A stretch of DNA of 64,000 nucleotides from Armatimonadota bacterium (GCA_041690135.1 JAWLHY010000004.1:96001-160000), one strand, 5' to 3'; positions 49,736-59,724 are shown, numbered from the stretch's first letter. Translations and numbers: made by a program. Notes: a model not told the origin generated them from the letters alone.

Positions 49736-49777
49736 AGAATGCCCCAGCAGAAATGCCGGGGCCATTCACCCAGTCCT

Positions 49778-49808
49778 AAAAAAAACCGGCTGGGTGACCC
49801 AGCCGGTT
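49778..49808 (-). terminator. Intrinsic terminator of the SdrD-like gene
   Basis: Stem aaccggctggg/cccagccggtt with an A8 tract on the plus strand (U tract on the minus strand). Confidence 0.85.
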
Positions 49809-49876
49809 CAGGTTGATGGTGGCTTTTAGGGAACTGCCGCACGGGCCGCCATTCCTCAGTTGCCACTACAATTGCC

Positions 49877-52800
49877 CTACTTTTTCTTGCCTTTGCCCTT
49901 TCCGCCGCCAGCCTCGCTGTCACTGGTGCCGCCGCCGGTGGTATCACCGCTGCTACTACCACCAGTGCTACCACTCGACGATCCCGAAATCGCTACGGTG
50001 GCGGTATCCGCCGCCGTCACCGTCTCGTCGCCGTAGCGAGCCGTCACCGTGGCCGTGTTGGTCACGTCCTGCGCCGTGGGGGTCAGGTTGATGGTGTCGA
50101 TCTTGGCCGGCGAGTTGTGGACATCCGGGGAGGTCACCGTGCCGAACCCACTCGTCCCGAAGGCCGCCGCACTCACTTCCACGCTGTAGATGCTCCGCAC
50201 TTCCCAGTTCGGATCCCCCACCGGAGAGTTGGTCGTATAGCCGTGGTAGGCCGGCGACTGGTTCAGGTTGTCGCTCGCGGACGTGCTCACTGCCAGCACG
50301 TGCGCTGCGCTCCCCTTGATCATGTAGCCGTCCCCACCACTCACTCCCAACGTGCCGTAGCGCGAGGGGAACTGGCTCGAAGCGCTGATGCAGTCCACGT
50401 AGAAGTCCAGCACCACCTGCCCGGCGGCGTTGGTGAACCGGAACTCCGCGTGATCGCTGTTCAGCAAGTCCTTGAAAGTATGACCCTTCCCGGACCCGCC
50501 TCGGTATCCAGGCGCCGATCCCGTGCCGTAGGTGTTGTCCACCACGGCCAGGCTCTGGATGAACGTCGCCTTCACGTTGCCGTTCGCCAGCTTCTCGGCA
50601 ATCAGCACCCCGGCGATCGTGCCATCGGAGGAAGCCATCACCAATGGCGGGACCACCGTCTTCGTCAGCGTCGTGCTGGCGCCAGGGGCCAGAGAAGCCA
50701 CCGTCCCCACCACAAAATCGTCCGCTCCGAACTCCGGCGTGGCGTTGTCGTCAGTCACCGTCACGTCCGTGAGGGTCACGTCGCCCGTATTGGTTACCTT
50801 GTAAGTGTAAGTCACCGGTTGGCCGGGTGTGGCCTGCGCGGTAGCCGCTGTCTTCTCCAGCGCGATCTCCGGCTCGCCGCCCACGATTCCGGCGTCCACC
50901 GACAGGTCAGTCTGACCGGGGGCGAGGGTGATAACCCCGGTGCGCCCGGTGGCCGCGTCCACGTCGCTGTCGGAGAGGTCGCTGCCCTGGTTGGCGGTGG
51001 TGAACTGCGCGCCACCTGCGGGGACAAACTCCACACTATAGCTGCCGGCCTGAAGACCTTCAAACAGGTAGAGGCCGTCCGCATCCGTGGTATCCACGGC
51101 CACGACACTGCCGCTGCCATTCAGCAGCCGCACGGTCACTCCGGAGACGCCCGTCTCGCCGCTGTCCTGCTGACCATTTCCGTTGGCGTCGAGCCATACC
51201 CGGTCGCCCAGGTTTGCCGGCAGGGGCTTGTAGCCGAAGTCCACGTCCAGCCGGATGGCGTTCACCCCCAGCGTCGTTAGCGCCGTGTGCGCCGTCCCCA
51301 CGCCGTCCAGGTCGTAGGTCTGCCCCAGCCCGGGCAGCAGCGTGCTCGGGTCCACCACTACCGTGTAGCTCCCCGCTTCCAGTTGCGTGAACAGGTACTG
51401 CCCATTCGCGCCGGTCACCTGGCTCGCCACCACGTTTCCGTCCGCGTCCCGCAACTGCACGGTGACGCCCGTGAGCCCGGCCTCGCCTGGGTCCTGCAGG
51501 CCGTCCCCGTCCTCGTCCAGCCACACCCGGTCGCCCAGGTTCGAGTTGAACAACCGCGGCGCATAGCCGAAGTCATAGGTCAACACGTCTTCCGCCGACA
51601 CGTTCCGGGTCAGCACATCCCCGCCCGTGGTGCTGCGCAACTCCGCCAGCGGACCGCCCGGCAGGAAGTTGTCCGGAGCTACCCGCACGGTGTAGTCGCC
51701 CGCCGTGGCCACCGGGTAGTAGTAGAGGCCGTCCACGTTCGTGTAGATGTAGTCCAACAACGTGCCATTGCTGTCATACACCCCCAACTTCACCCCGGCA
51801 ATACCCGCGTTCAGCTCGTCCTGGTCACCCTCGTGATCGCTGTCCAGCCACACGTAGTCGCCCAGGATCCCCGCCACCGGCCCCGGTGGGAACCGCAGCT
51901 TCGGATCTCCGTTCTCGTCCATTCCCACCGCGTCGTGGAAGAACCGGAAGGCGTTCAGGTTGTGCAGGTCCATCCCCTTCACCTTCACCTGGTAGTTGCC
52001 CGCCCGGAACCGCCCGTTGGCGTTCACATCCGTTGGTGCCACCGTCGTCACCCCGTCGGCCGACGCCACCGGGCTGTAGTCTGCCTGGCTCCGGTCCAGC
52101 GGGTCCGTGGTGATCAGGAACCGCTCCCACTCCTGGTTGCCGGACGTGTTCAGGTTCCGGAACTCCTTCACGCTCGGCTCCGGCTGCAGCACCTTCCCCT
52201 CCGCCGTGTCGACCAGTGCATGCGTGCGACACACACTGTATTCCACGCTCGGCTCTCGCCGCTGATACGCCACGCCGGTGTCGTCGTTGGGCGCGCCTTT
52301 CCCCTTCGCCCCTTCCGCCAACGTGTACTTGTTCGCCCACAGGGGCAGCACCGCCGACGTATCCGGGTCGTCTGTGTCGTTTGTTTGCGGGACCAGTGCC
52401 GTGTTATTGCCGTAGTCCAGGTCCCCGTCCCACACTTCCAGGAAGGCCGTGTCCTCCGGTACCGTCAGGTTGATATCCCAGGTGCCGTCATAGTTAGTGG
52501 GGGTGGTGGCGGGCCAAGCCGGGTAGATGGTGGTGATGTCGTTCATCGAATACATGGGCGACATCACCGAGATTGCCTGGGCGAGAATGCTGATGGTGGC
52601 GTTGCTGCGGATCTTGAAACAGCTCACCGAGTTCACGTCCGGAAGCGGGTTCTCGATGCGCAGCACGTAGTAGAAATGCCGGTTGTGCGGGTTGCGCGCC
52701 GCGGAGTTGGTGCGGATGACGCGGTTGCGGTCTTCCGGCGCGCTCGGCGGGCTCAACTCCGACTGGTCGGCCTGGAGGTTATACCAGGCGTTGTTGGGCA

Positions 52801-53266
52801 TGGGGCTCTTGTTCAGACCGCCGGCAATGGTGCCGTCGCCGCCGTTGCCCATCCACCGGCCGACCAGGTAACGCCCGGAAGCATCGCCGCGGGGGTCGGC
52901 GTAGAGGGAGTACCGCAGGGAAGTGTAGAAGGCGTCCCAGTGGCCGTGCTGGAAATTGCCGCTCATAACCGGCGCTTGGGGCGGACCGGAAGCGCCGGTG
53001 TCGCCGTCGAAGATGCCGATCTCGAAGTCGGTGGCGTCGGCCGGCACCTCGAAGGCGATGGTGATGGTGTTGGCGGAGAGGGTCGCGGGGGCGGGCCCGC
53101 CGGCCATCACGAGGGAGCGGCCGTCGAGGACGTTCCCGGTGGGAAAGTAGTTGTAGTCGCTCGACGCCTGGGCTCGCGCGCTACGCACGGCGACCGAGGC
53201 GGGGAGGAGCAGGGCCGCCAGCACCCCGGCCATGCCGAGGAAGGTCGACCTCTTCAGAAACCTCAT
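49877..53266 (-). CDS. Large secreted protein with three SdrD B-like domains and a DUF11/DUF7507-like domain
   Basis: Signal peptide MRFLKRSTFL..ARAQ after GGAGGT; three LGD(Y/R)VWLD repeats; YTYKVTNTGDVTLTDVTVTDD; Ser/Gly tail ending KGKGKKK. Confidence 0.88.
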   Translation of the reverse strand: MRFLKRSTFLGMAGVLAALLLPASVAVRSARAQASSDYNYFPTGNVLDGRSLVMAGGPAPATLSANTITIAFEVPADATDFEIGIFDGDTGASGPPQAPVMSGNFQHGHWDAFYTSLRYSLYADPRGDASGRYLVGRWMGNGGDGTIAGGLNKSPMPNNAWYNLQADQSELSPPSAPEDRNRVIRTNSAARNPHNRHFYYVLRIENPLPDVNSVSCFKIRSNATISILAQAISVMSPMYSMNDITTIYPAWPATTPTNYDGTWDINLTVPEDTAFLEVWDGDLDYGNNTALVPQTNDTDDPDTSAVLPLWANKYTLAEGAKGKGAPNDDTGVAYQRREPSVEYSVCRTHALVDTAEGKVLQPEPSVKEFRNLNTSGNQEWERFLITTDPLDRSQADYSPVASADGVTTVAPTDVNANGRFRAGNYQVKVKGMDLHNLNAFRFFHDAVGMDENGDPKLRFPPGPVAGILGDYVWLDSDHEGDQDELNAGIAGVKLGVYDSNGTLLDYIYTNVDGLYYYPVATAGDYTVRVAPDNFLPGGPLAELRSTTGGDVLTRNVSAEDVLTYDFGYAPRLFNSNLGDRVWLDEDGDGLQDPGEAGLTGVTVQLRDADGNVVASQVTGANGQYLFTQLEAGSYTVVVDPSTLLPGLGQTYDLDGVGTAHTALTTLGVNAIRLDVDFGYKPLPANLGDRVWLDANGNGQQDSGETGVSGVTVRLLNGSGSVVAVDTTDADGLYLFEGLQAGSYSVEFVPAGGAQFTTANQGSDLSDSDVDAATGRTGVITLAPGQTDLSVDAGIVGGEPEIALEKTAATAQATPGQPVTYTYKVTNTGDVTLTDVTVTDDNATPEFGADDFVVGTVASLAPGASTTLTKTVVPPLVMASSDGTIAGVLIAEKLANGNVKATFIQSLAVVDNTYGTGSAPGYRGGSGKGHTFKDLLNSDHAEFRFTNAAGQVVLDFYVDCISASSQFPSRYGTLGVSGGDGYMIKGSAAHVLAVSTSASDNLNQSPAYHGYTTNSPVGDPNWEVRSIYSVEVSAAAFGTSGFGTVTSPDVHNSPAKIDTINLTPTAQDVTNTATVTARYGDETVTAADTATVAISGSSSGSTGGSSSGDTTGGGTSDSEAGGGKGKGKKK

Positions 53267-53987
53267 TACGAACCTCCAATTATCTGGAAGCGGATGATTC
53301 CCGGATCGCTGCCGGGTTGCACGTCGGTTGGCTGGGTCTTGACCAAACAATACTGCTAGTGGACGACAGTCCCTACACCCTAAGTGCCACAGTCGATCCA
53401 CCTTCTGAAGGGATGGTTGTCCCTATGGGCAGCCATATTGGGGGACTTTCATCCACCAGGAGAAAGGTTTGCGGTAGGTCGCGGGGGCTAGAGGCGAGTA
53501 GCTCTACTACTGACGGTGACCATACCATTCCTTTGGTGGACAAGCATTCAACCGTTCGGTTTATAAGAAGGCAAATGGTACTGAGAAGGGGGGGCCGGAG
53601 GTCCGTTGACCTCGCGAGTACCGCACGGTCGAGATTCACGTGAGAGTGCCTCGTAACGTGAACGAGGCTCATGGGTCCCTGGGCGCGGGGTGGGAGTCCC
53701 GGCGGTAGTCCGGTACTTCGTGCGACCACCGATTCCGAACCCCGGGCTGCCGTCCGGCCTCCCCTCCCGCGCCAAATGAGGGCGATTGGGTCAAACTGTC
53801 GCTCACGGGAGAGAGGGAGCACCGACCCGGACCCCGGACTGCCGTCTCGCGCCGGATGGGGATTGGGATCCGGGCTTATGGCGCGCGTTAGGGTTGAAGG
53901 ATGAGAACCCGCAGCTCCGCGAGGAGGGTAGGGCGAAGCAATTCGCAGTAACCCTTGATCACCGTCGGCATGGTTGGCGGATCCCGC

Positions 53988-54821
53988 TCACCCCCTGGGT
54001 TCTGGAGGCGCCGTGGCTGCATAGTAGCGCCGCATTTCGGCGGCCACCCCGTCCAGGTCCGGGAAGAGGCGGCGCTCGCTGATACCGCAAAGGTCCAACT
54101 GGTCGCGGACCCGCTGCACCGCCCGCGCGGGGATTACACAGCGGGTGAGGGAGTCGCCCAGGCCGGCGGCAGCCAGGACCTGCTGGAGCGAGCGGGTCCG
54201 GTCCGTGCTGAAGGTAAAGGCGGCCGACTGTGCCATGATCCGCTGGTCGATGGCGGGAGGCTCCAGCAGAGCCACGAAGGTCTCCACCTCGCACGTTCCC
54301 GGGTCGATCAGGTTCCAGAGGGAGGCGATGCCCCGCTCGCGCAGCACGGTTTGCAGATCGGAGCTCAACAACGCCAGCGGGGGGAGCCCGTAGTGGTCGT
54401 GCAGGCGTCCCCAATCCAGCCGCCAGACGACCCGATCCCCACTGCGGTCCTCGTTCTTGGTCGCAAAATGGGCCGCCACCAGGGGAGAGTGGGTCCAGTC
54501 GAGCAGCCGGGTGGGGAGTCCATGATGCTGGGCAATGACCAGCAACTCCAGATCGCGCTCCGGCAGCGCAGCCAGGTGAGGGCGCGAATACCGGATGAAG
54601 TTTCGCAGGAGGTGCGCCTCCAGATGGGACTTGGAATGGGGTGGTAGCTCGGGCGTACCGAGACGGTCGAGACTGGTCAACAAGGAGCAGTCGGCCACCG
54701 GTACGCCCCGGTAGACGGCACGCTCCCGCAGCCTCCCGCTTTGGGGATCCGGGCGATCGGGCGTAACCGCTTCCACCAGATCGCCCAGAGTGCGGATCCG
54801 GATCTCCTGAATACCTCCCAA
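53988..54821 (-). CDS. FRG domain-containing protein
   Basis: VYRG, LLTSLDRL, AQHHGLPTRLLDWTHSPLVAAHFA, RIMAQSAAF, LFPDLDG; TTG start after GGGAGG. Confidence 0.9.
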   Translation of the reverse strand: MGGIQEIRIRTLGDLVEAVTPDRPDPQSGRLRERAVYRGVPVADCSLLTSLDRLGTPELPPHSKSHLEAHLLRNFIRYSRPHLAALPERDLELLVIAQHHGLPTRLLDWTHSPLVAAHFATKNEDRSGDRVVWRLDWGRLHDHYGLPPLALLSSDLQTVLRERGIASLWNLIDPGTCEVETFVALLEPPAIDQRIMAQSAAFTFSTDRTRSLQQVLAAAGLGDSLTRCVIPARAVQRVRDQLDLCGISERRLFPDLDGVAAEMRRYYAATAPPEPRG

Positions 54822-54991
54822 GAACCTGCCCTCCCGTGACCTGCCCGCACGATATTCGTACTCGCAATCCAATTCTCCCAAACCTCCGCGGGCTTCTGCG
54901 TGGACAGTCATTCCGTGCCTATCCGTCTCGTCCGGACCCTCCGTGTCGAAAGCTCTTACCGCCGTAGATGACACGCACCTTGACACGGAGA

Positions 54992-55018
54992 CGTTTGCCT
55001 CCACGCGACTGCGGGTAG
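54992..55018 (+). promoter_or_regulatory. Putative SigB/SigF-type promoter CGTTT-N16-GGGTAG
   Basis: Upstream of the glycoside hydrolase pair. Confidence 0.4.
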
Positions 55019-55083
55019 GGTAGAGCCGTCGGTAGGCGGGCGGAGAAGCGCTGTGGCCCGTCGTGGAGGCACGGCTGGGAAGT

Positions 55084-56394
55084 ATGGCATTTCGGCGCTC
55101 GGAACTTGACCGCATCACCGACCCGGACACCTTCCTCTGGGCCACCGGGATCGAAGACACGTTCATCACAGACCCATGGCCCGCTACCGGGCGCATCCTC
55201 GATGAGTACGAGCTGACCGGGCACTATCAGCGCCGGGATGAAGACCTGGACCTGATGGCCGAACTGGGAGTCCGGATGGCTCGCTATGGGATTCCCTGGC
55301 ACCGGGTGAATCCCGAGCCGGACCAGTGGGATTGGTCCTGGTCGGACCAGGCGTTGGAGGGTCTCCTCGATCGCGGGGTGAATCCCATCGTCGATCTCGT
55401 CCACTACGGCCTTCCCGGCTGGCTGGAAGGAGCCTTCCTGAACCCCGACTTCCCCGAGCGGATGGCGGAGTATTCCGGGCGCCTGGCCCAGCGGTTTCGC
55501 GGCCGCATCCGGTGGTACACCCCCCTCAACGAACCTCGCATCACCGCCTGGTACTGCGGCAAGCTGGGTTGGTGGCCGCCCTATCGTCGGGGCTGGAAGG
55601 GGTTCGTCGCGGTGATGCTCGGCCTGGCGCGGGGCATCGTCCGGACATGCGAGGCGGTCCGGAGCGTGGATCCGGAAGTGGTCTTCGTCCACGTGGACGC
55701 GACCGACATTTACCTCTCGCCGGACCCCAACCTGCAGGAGGAGGTCCACCGGCGACAGCAGATCGGCTTCCTGGCGCTGGACCTGGTAAGCGGGAGGATC
55801 ACCGAAGACCACCCGCTTTGCGGCTGGCTGCTGCGGCACGGCGCGCGGGAAGACGACCTGGCGTGGTTCCGCGACCACGCGGTCCGGCTCGACGTGGTGG
55901 GTCTGAACATGTACCCCATGTTTTCCCAGAAGCGCCTCGTCCGTTCGCCGCGCGGTCTACGTATCCAGATGCCTTACGGCTCGGATGAAATGGTGGAACG
56001 GCTGGTGGAGTGCTATTGGGAACACTACCGGCTGCCCATGATGATCACGGAAACGGCGGCGCGAGGGCCTGTCCATCGCAGGCGCGCGTGGCTGGACCAA
56101 TCGGTGGGAGCGATCCGCCGCCTGCGGGCACGGGGCGTTCCCCTGGTAGGCTACACCTGGTGGCCTATGTATGCGCTGGTGGCCTGGGCCTACCGCCAGA
56201 GCCACCGGCCCGCGAGCGAGTACCTGGAGCAAATGGGGCTCTGGGATCTGGACCCGCACCCCGAAGCTAACCTCCGGCGCGTGAAAACGCCGCTGGTGGA
56301 TGCCTATCGGGCGCTGGTGGACGGCGGCTGCGAAGCCGTAGGGAAACTGGCGGCGCGGGGACCAACCCAGGGCGGAGGACAGACGAGTGTTTAG
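55084..56394 (+). CDS. Glycoside hydrolase family 1-like protein
   Basis: FLWATGIE, RYGIPW, DLVHYGLP, TPLNEP (acid/base), ITET (nucleophile), GYTWWP. Confidence 0.85.
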   Translation: MAFRRSELDRITDPDTFLWATGIEDTFITDPWPATGRILDEYELTGHYQRRDEDLDLMAELGVRMARYGIPWHRVNPEPDQWDWSWSDQALEGLLDRGVNPIVDLVHYGLPGWLEGAFLNPDFPERMAEYSGRLAQRFRGRIRWYTPLNEPRITAWYCGKLGWWPPYRRGWKGFVAVMLGLARGIVRTCEAVRSVDPEVVFVHVDATDIYLSPDPNLQEEVHRRQQIGFLALDLVSGRITEDHPLCGWLLRHGAREDDLAWFRDHAVRLDVVGLNMYPMFSQKRLVRSPRGLRIQMPYGSDEMVERLVECYWEHYRLPMMITETAARGPVHRRRAWLDQSVGAIRRLRARGVPLVGYTWWPMYALVAWAYRQSHRPASEYLEQMGLWDLDPHPEANLRRVKTPLVDAYRALVDGGCEAVGKLAARGPTQGGGQTSV

Positions 56395-57586
56395 GAGCTT
56401 CTTCCTGGCTGGCTTCGAATGCGCGACCGGTTACAACAAGCACAACGAATGGATCGATCAGGTGGCGGCCACGCACCACGACCGCTTCGTTAACGAAGAT
56501 TATGCGCTGCTGCGCGAAGTGGGCCTCCACGGCGCGCGGGAAAGCGTCCGCTGGCCGCTGGTCGATCGAGGTGGCGGCAAGTACGACTTCTCTACGATCG
56601 CGCCCTTCATCCGGGCCAGCCGGGAAAACGAGGTCGAGGTGATCTGGGACCTCTTCCATTACGGATATCCGGACGGTCTCGACCTCTTCTCCGCCGAGTT
56701 CCCCCGGCGGTTTGCCGACTACTGCCATGCCGTGGCCAAGTACATCTCGGCCCGTACCGACGGCACCTGTTACTTCACCCCCGTCAACGAGCCGAGTTTC
56801 TACTCCTGGGCTGGCGGGCAGGTCGGGCAGTTTGCACCGCATGTGAAGGGGCGTGGGGGCGAACTGAAGCGCCGGCTCATGGCTGCGGCCATCCAGGGAA
56901 TTGAGGCGATCTGGGCCGCCTGTCCGGGAGCGCGGATCGTCAATGTCGATCCGATCTGCCGCGTTGTGCCCGCACTCGACGAGCCGCACCGTCGAGACGA
57001 AGCAAATCACTTCAACAACTGCGACGTCTTCGAGTGCTGGGACATGCTGGCCGGAAAGCTCCACCCCGAGATGGGGGGGAGCCCTCGGCACCTCGACATC
57101 ATCGGCATCAACTATTACTGGACCAATCAGTGGGAAGTTGGCCATCCCCACCGCCTGCTCGACCCTTCCGACCCGCGGTGGTGGCCGCTCCGTAACCTGG
57201 TGCGGCTGGTGTGGGAGCGTTACGAGCAGGACGTGCTGATTACCGAGACCAGCCACCGCGACGAAATGCGCCCAGCGTGGGTGCGGGAAGTCGCCGCGGA
57301 TTGCGAGGCACTCCTCGACGAAGACGTGCCCTTACGCGGCGCCTGTCTCTACCCCATCCTGGGCATGCCCGAGTGGCACGCACCGGACGAGTGGACGCGC
57401 ATGGGGCTGTGGGACCTCTTCCCGCACGAGCAGGGACTGAAGCGGGTGGTCCACCAGGAGATGCTCGCAGCCCTCCGCGAGGCTCACCGCCTGGACCGCC
57501 GGCTCGAACGGGCCGAGAAGCGCATGCTGGAGCAGCGGCACCCGGAAGAACTGACTACTTCCGGCCGGCACTCTTCCAGGAACTGA
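56387..57586 (+). CDS. Glycoside hydrolase (GH1-like, beta-glucosidase-related)
   Basis: FRSFFLAGFEC, WDLFHYGYP, TPVNEP, IGINYY, ITET, ACLYPILG; GTG start overlapping the upstream gene. Confidence 0.82.
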   Translation: MFRSFFLAGFECATGYNKHNEWIDQVAATHHDRFVNEDYALLREVGLHGARESVRWPLVDRGGGKYDFSTIAPFIRASRENEVEVIWDLFHYGYPDGLDLFSAEFPRRFADYCHAVAKYISARTDGTCYFTPVNEPSFYSWAGGQVGQFAPHVKGRGGELKRRLMAAAIQGIEAIWAACPGARIVNVDPICRVVPALDEPHRRDEANHFNNCDVFECWDMLAGKLHPEMGGSPRHLDIIGINYYWTNQWEVGHPHRLLDPSDPRWWPLRNLVRLVWERYEQDVLITETSHRDEMRPAWVREVAADCEALLDEDVPLRGACLYPILGMPEWHAPDEWTRMGLWDLFPHEQGLKRVVHQEMLAALREAHRLDRRLERAEKRMLEQRHPEELTTSGRHSSRN

Positions 57587-57806
57587 ACCAGCTCCCCAGC
57601 ATCCCGCCGACCACCGTGGCCGGAATGGCGAACACGATAGAGCGGGTGCCCAACATGCCGGAGCCGGGGTTATTGAGCGCGTCGTAGATCAACGTGCCGA
57701 AGAAAACGGCGGCGCCCAATACCCCGGCGCCGATCCCCATCTCCAGCGCGCCGCTCTGCGGCGCCCGCACGGGGCCCGAGTTCCTGTGGAAACGCTTGTT
57801 GCTCAT
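57555..57806 (-). CDS. Small membrane protein
   Basis: 83 aa, two hydrophobic helices; GAGGT RBS. Confidence 0.65.
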   Translation of the reverse strand: MSNKRFHRNSGPVRAPQSGALEMGIGAGVLGAAVFFGTLIYDALNNPGSGMLGTRSIVFAIPATVVGGMLGSWFSSWKSAGRK

Positions 57807-57971
57807 CGTTTTTACCTCTGATTGCGATTCTACCAGTTCTCACCATCTTCCGCCGGAATCGTCGCGCCCGGGTTTGCTCGGGTATCCGGCATGGGCAAGA
57901 GGGGCTGTGATAGCGGGGACCGTAAGCCGTGAACGGCATGGGGTCCCCGCAGTGATCTGGAGGAGGCGATT

Positions 57972-58322
57972 GTGGCGGAGAGGCAGCGCAACCACGAGCA
58001 GGAACGCGAAGATTGGAACCCGTCCGGGGTCACCGGCGGGACCCTCGCGGGGGAGGACGTCGAGGGGGGCTCCGTTTTGAAAGGCGGGCCTTCCGGTGAC
58101 GAGGATCGACCGAGGTGGTCTCATGCACCGGACTCTACGGGGCGCTCGGTAACGCTGGCGCCGGAGTATGCCGGCACCGTGGCGGGGAATACCACTGGAG
58201 CCGGCGGCACCGTGCTAGGCGGCCTGGAAGATGAAGCGGAGCACGACGAAGACACCACGGAACGAGCCCGCGGTCTCGAGGGAGTGACGGTTCAGGAGAT
58301 CGGAGGGGAGGCCCGTCGATGA
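57972..58322 (+). CDS. Small acidic Gly/Thr-rich hypothetical protein
   Basis: GGAGG RBS, GTG start, low complexity. Confidence 0.65.
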   Translation: MAERQRNHEQEREDWNPSGVTGGTLAGEDVEGGSVLKGGPSGDEDRPRWSHAPDSTGRSVTLAPEYAGTVAGNTTGAGGTVLGGLEDEAEHDEDTTERARGLEGVTVQEIGGEARR

Positions 58323-58546
58323 GCACGGAACACACGCGAGTTCATCCTGATCTGGAAGAAGAAGAACAGGCGCCAGAACAGCCGACCACCAGTCGCGGCA
58401 TTCCCGCACCCCGAAGACCGGGAGATAGCGACACGGGCGATACCTTCACCGCCACCTCGGAACGCGGAACCACGGCCGGACCAGGGTTTGGCAGCGTCGT
58501 CACGGTTCCCGGCGAAGGCGGCGTCCCCTCTCGCGATGAGGAGTAA
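58319..58546 (+). CDS. Small acidic hypothetical protein
   Basis: ATGA overlap with the previous ORF; GGAGG RBS. Confidence 0.65.
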   Translation: MSTEHTRVHPDLEEEEQAPEQPTTSRGIPAPRRPGDSDTGDTFTATSERGTTAGPGFGSVVTVPGEGGVPSRDEE

Positions 58547-58623
58547 AAGGGGGCAAATGCGTTAACATACGGCAACTTGACCTCAAAGACGGCAGCCAAC
58601 ACCCCAAGAACCGCCCTCGTCCT

Positions 58624-58662
58624 GGGTACCTAGCCTCTCTGTGTCGGAGAGGCTAGGTACCC
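58624..58662. terminator. Perfect 16-bp hairpin between convergent genes
   Basis: gggtacctagcctctc / gagaggctaggtaccc with a 7-nt loop; no U tract. Confidence 0.55.
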
Positions 58663-58779
58663 TCTGGGTGGCGGGGGTGAGATCACCTCGGTCACCGCAG
58701 CAGCTAAAGTTACCGAACATGCCCTCACTACGCCCGTGCGGCCAGTGATCTTCGCACATTCGTTAGCAGAGAGTTTCTC

Positions 58780-59583
58780 TCAGCCCTCCGATTTTTTCCC
58801 CGATCGGGAACCTCCGCTCTTACTCCGCGTGCTCTTGCTCTCCGATTCGGTGGGAGCCTGGCCGGAAGTCTCCGTTTCAGTTCGCCGGCTGGAGGTCTCT
58901 CCGCCTTTGCTGCCGGCCATCGCCATCCCGCTCTCTTCTTCCTCGCCCTCGGTCATCTCCATCTCGCGCCGGGTACGCCGCCGGCCGGTCGCTGTTTCCG
59001 AAGGGAGTTCATCCGCCGAGTAGACCGGAATGCGCCGCGCTCCCTGCTGGCTCTGTTCCGTCTTCGGTATATGGACGGTGAGCACGCCGTTGCGAAAGTC
59101 GCAAGAGATCTCTTCTTCATTGGTGTTCTCGGGCAGGGGAACAACCCGCTGGAAGAAGCCGTAGCGTCGCTCGCGCCGCTGGTACTGGCGCTGCTGCTGC
59201 CCGTTACCGCCTTCCGGCTGCTCTTCCTGATTCATCTCCGCCGTCAGGATCAGGTGGTGGTCTTGAACCTGGACGTTGATGTCGTCCTTGTTGACGCCGG
59301 GGAGATCCGCCTCGATACACCACTCCCGGTCCGTCTGGCTCACGTCGATGTTGGGAGCCCACTGCATTCCACCGCCACTCTGGCCGGCCGGCGACCCCTG
59401 GCGCTCTCCGCCGCCCCAAACCTGGTCGAAGAGACGGTCCATGTCTTCCTGCATCCGCCGCATCATCTGCCAGGGGGACGAACTGAACAAGCTCGATGGC
59501 TGCGCCCAGGACCCTTCACTCCAGGGCGACAGGTCCCAATCCTGGCTCCGGCGCGCCGGAAGCCAATCTCCGTTGCGTCGCAT
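58780..59583 (-). CDS. Hsp20/alpha-crystallin family small heat-shock protein
   Basis: MRRMQEDMDRLF, WAPNIDV, ADLPGV, ERRYGFFQRVVPLP, FRNGVLTVHIPK; long disordered C-terminal tail. Confidence 0.93.
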   Translation of the reverse strand: MRRNGDWLPARRSQDWDLSPWSEGSWAQPSSLFSSSPWQMMRRMQEDMDRLFDQVWGGGERQGSPAGQSGGGMQWAPNIDVSQTDREWCIEADLPGVNKDDINVQVQDHHLILTAEMNQEEQPEGGNGQQQRQYQRRERRYGFFQRVVPLPENTNEEEISCDFRNGVLTVHIPKTEQSQQGARRIPVYSADELPSETATGRRRTRREMEMTEGEEEESGMAMAGSKGGETSSRRTETETSGQAPTESESKSTRSKSGGSRSGKKSEG

Positions 59584-59698
59584 GGGTTTTACTCCTTTCA
59601 AATCTCCGCCGCGATGTGGGCGGGAAGGTTGCTATGAGGTCTACGGGAAGGAGGGCAACTCGCGCCGCGGCGTTGGCGAGATGCCCCTCGCCCCCCTT

Positions 59699-59724
59699 AT
59701 TCCCAGGGCTCCGGACGGAAAACC
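59699..59724 (-). promoter_or_regulatory. Putative SigB/SigF-type promoter GGTTT-N15-GGGAAT for hsp20
   Basis: Minus-strand ggttt-tccgtccggagccct-gggaat. Confidence 0.55.

Noticed and set aside
57871-57898. Additional stress-type promoter GGTTT-N17-GGGCAA
   Set aside because: The spacer is longer and the -10 box is weaker than in the other instances, so it was left out of the motif set.
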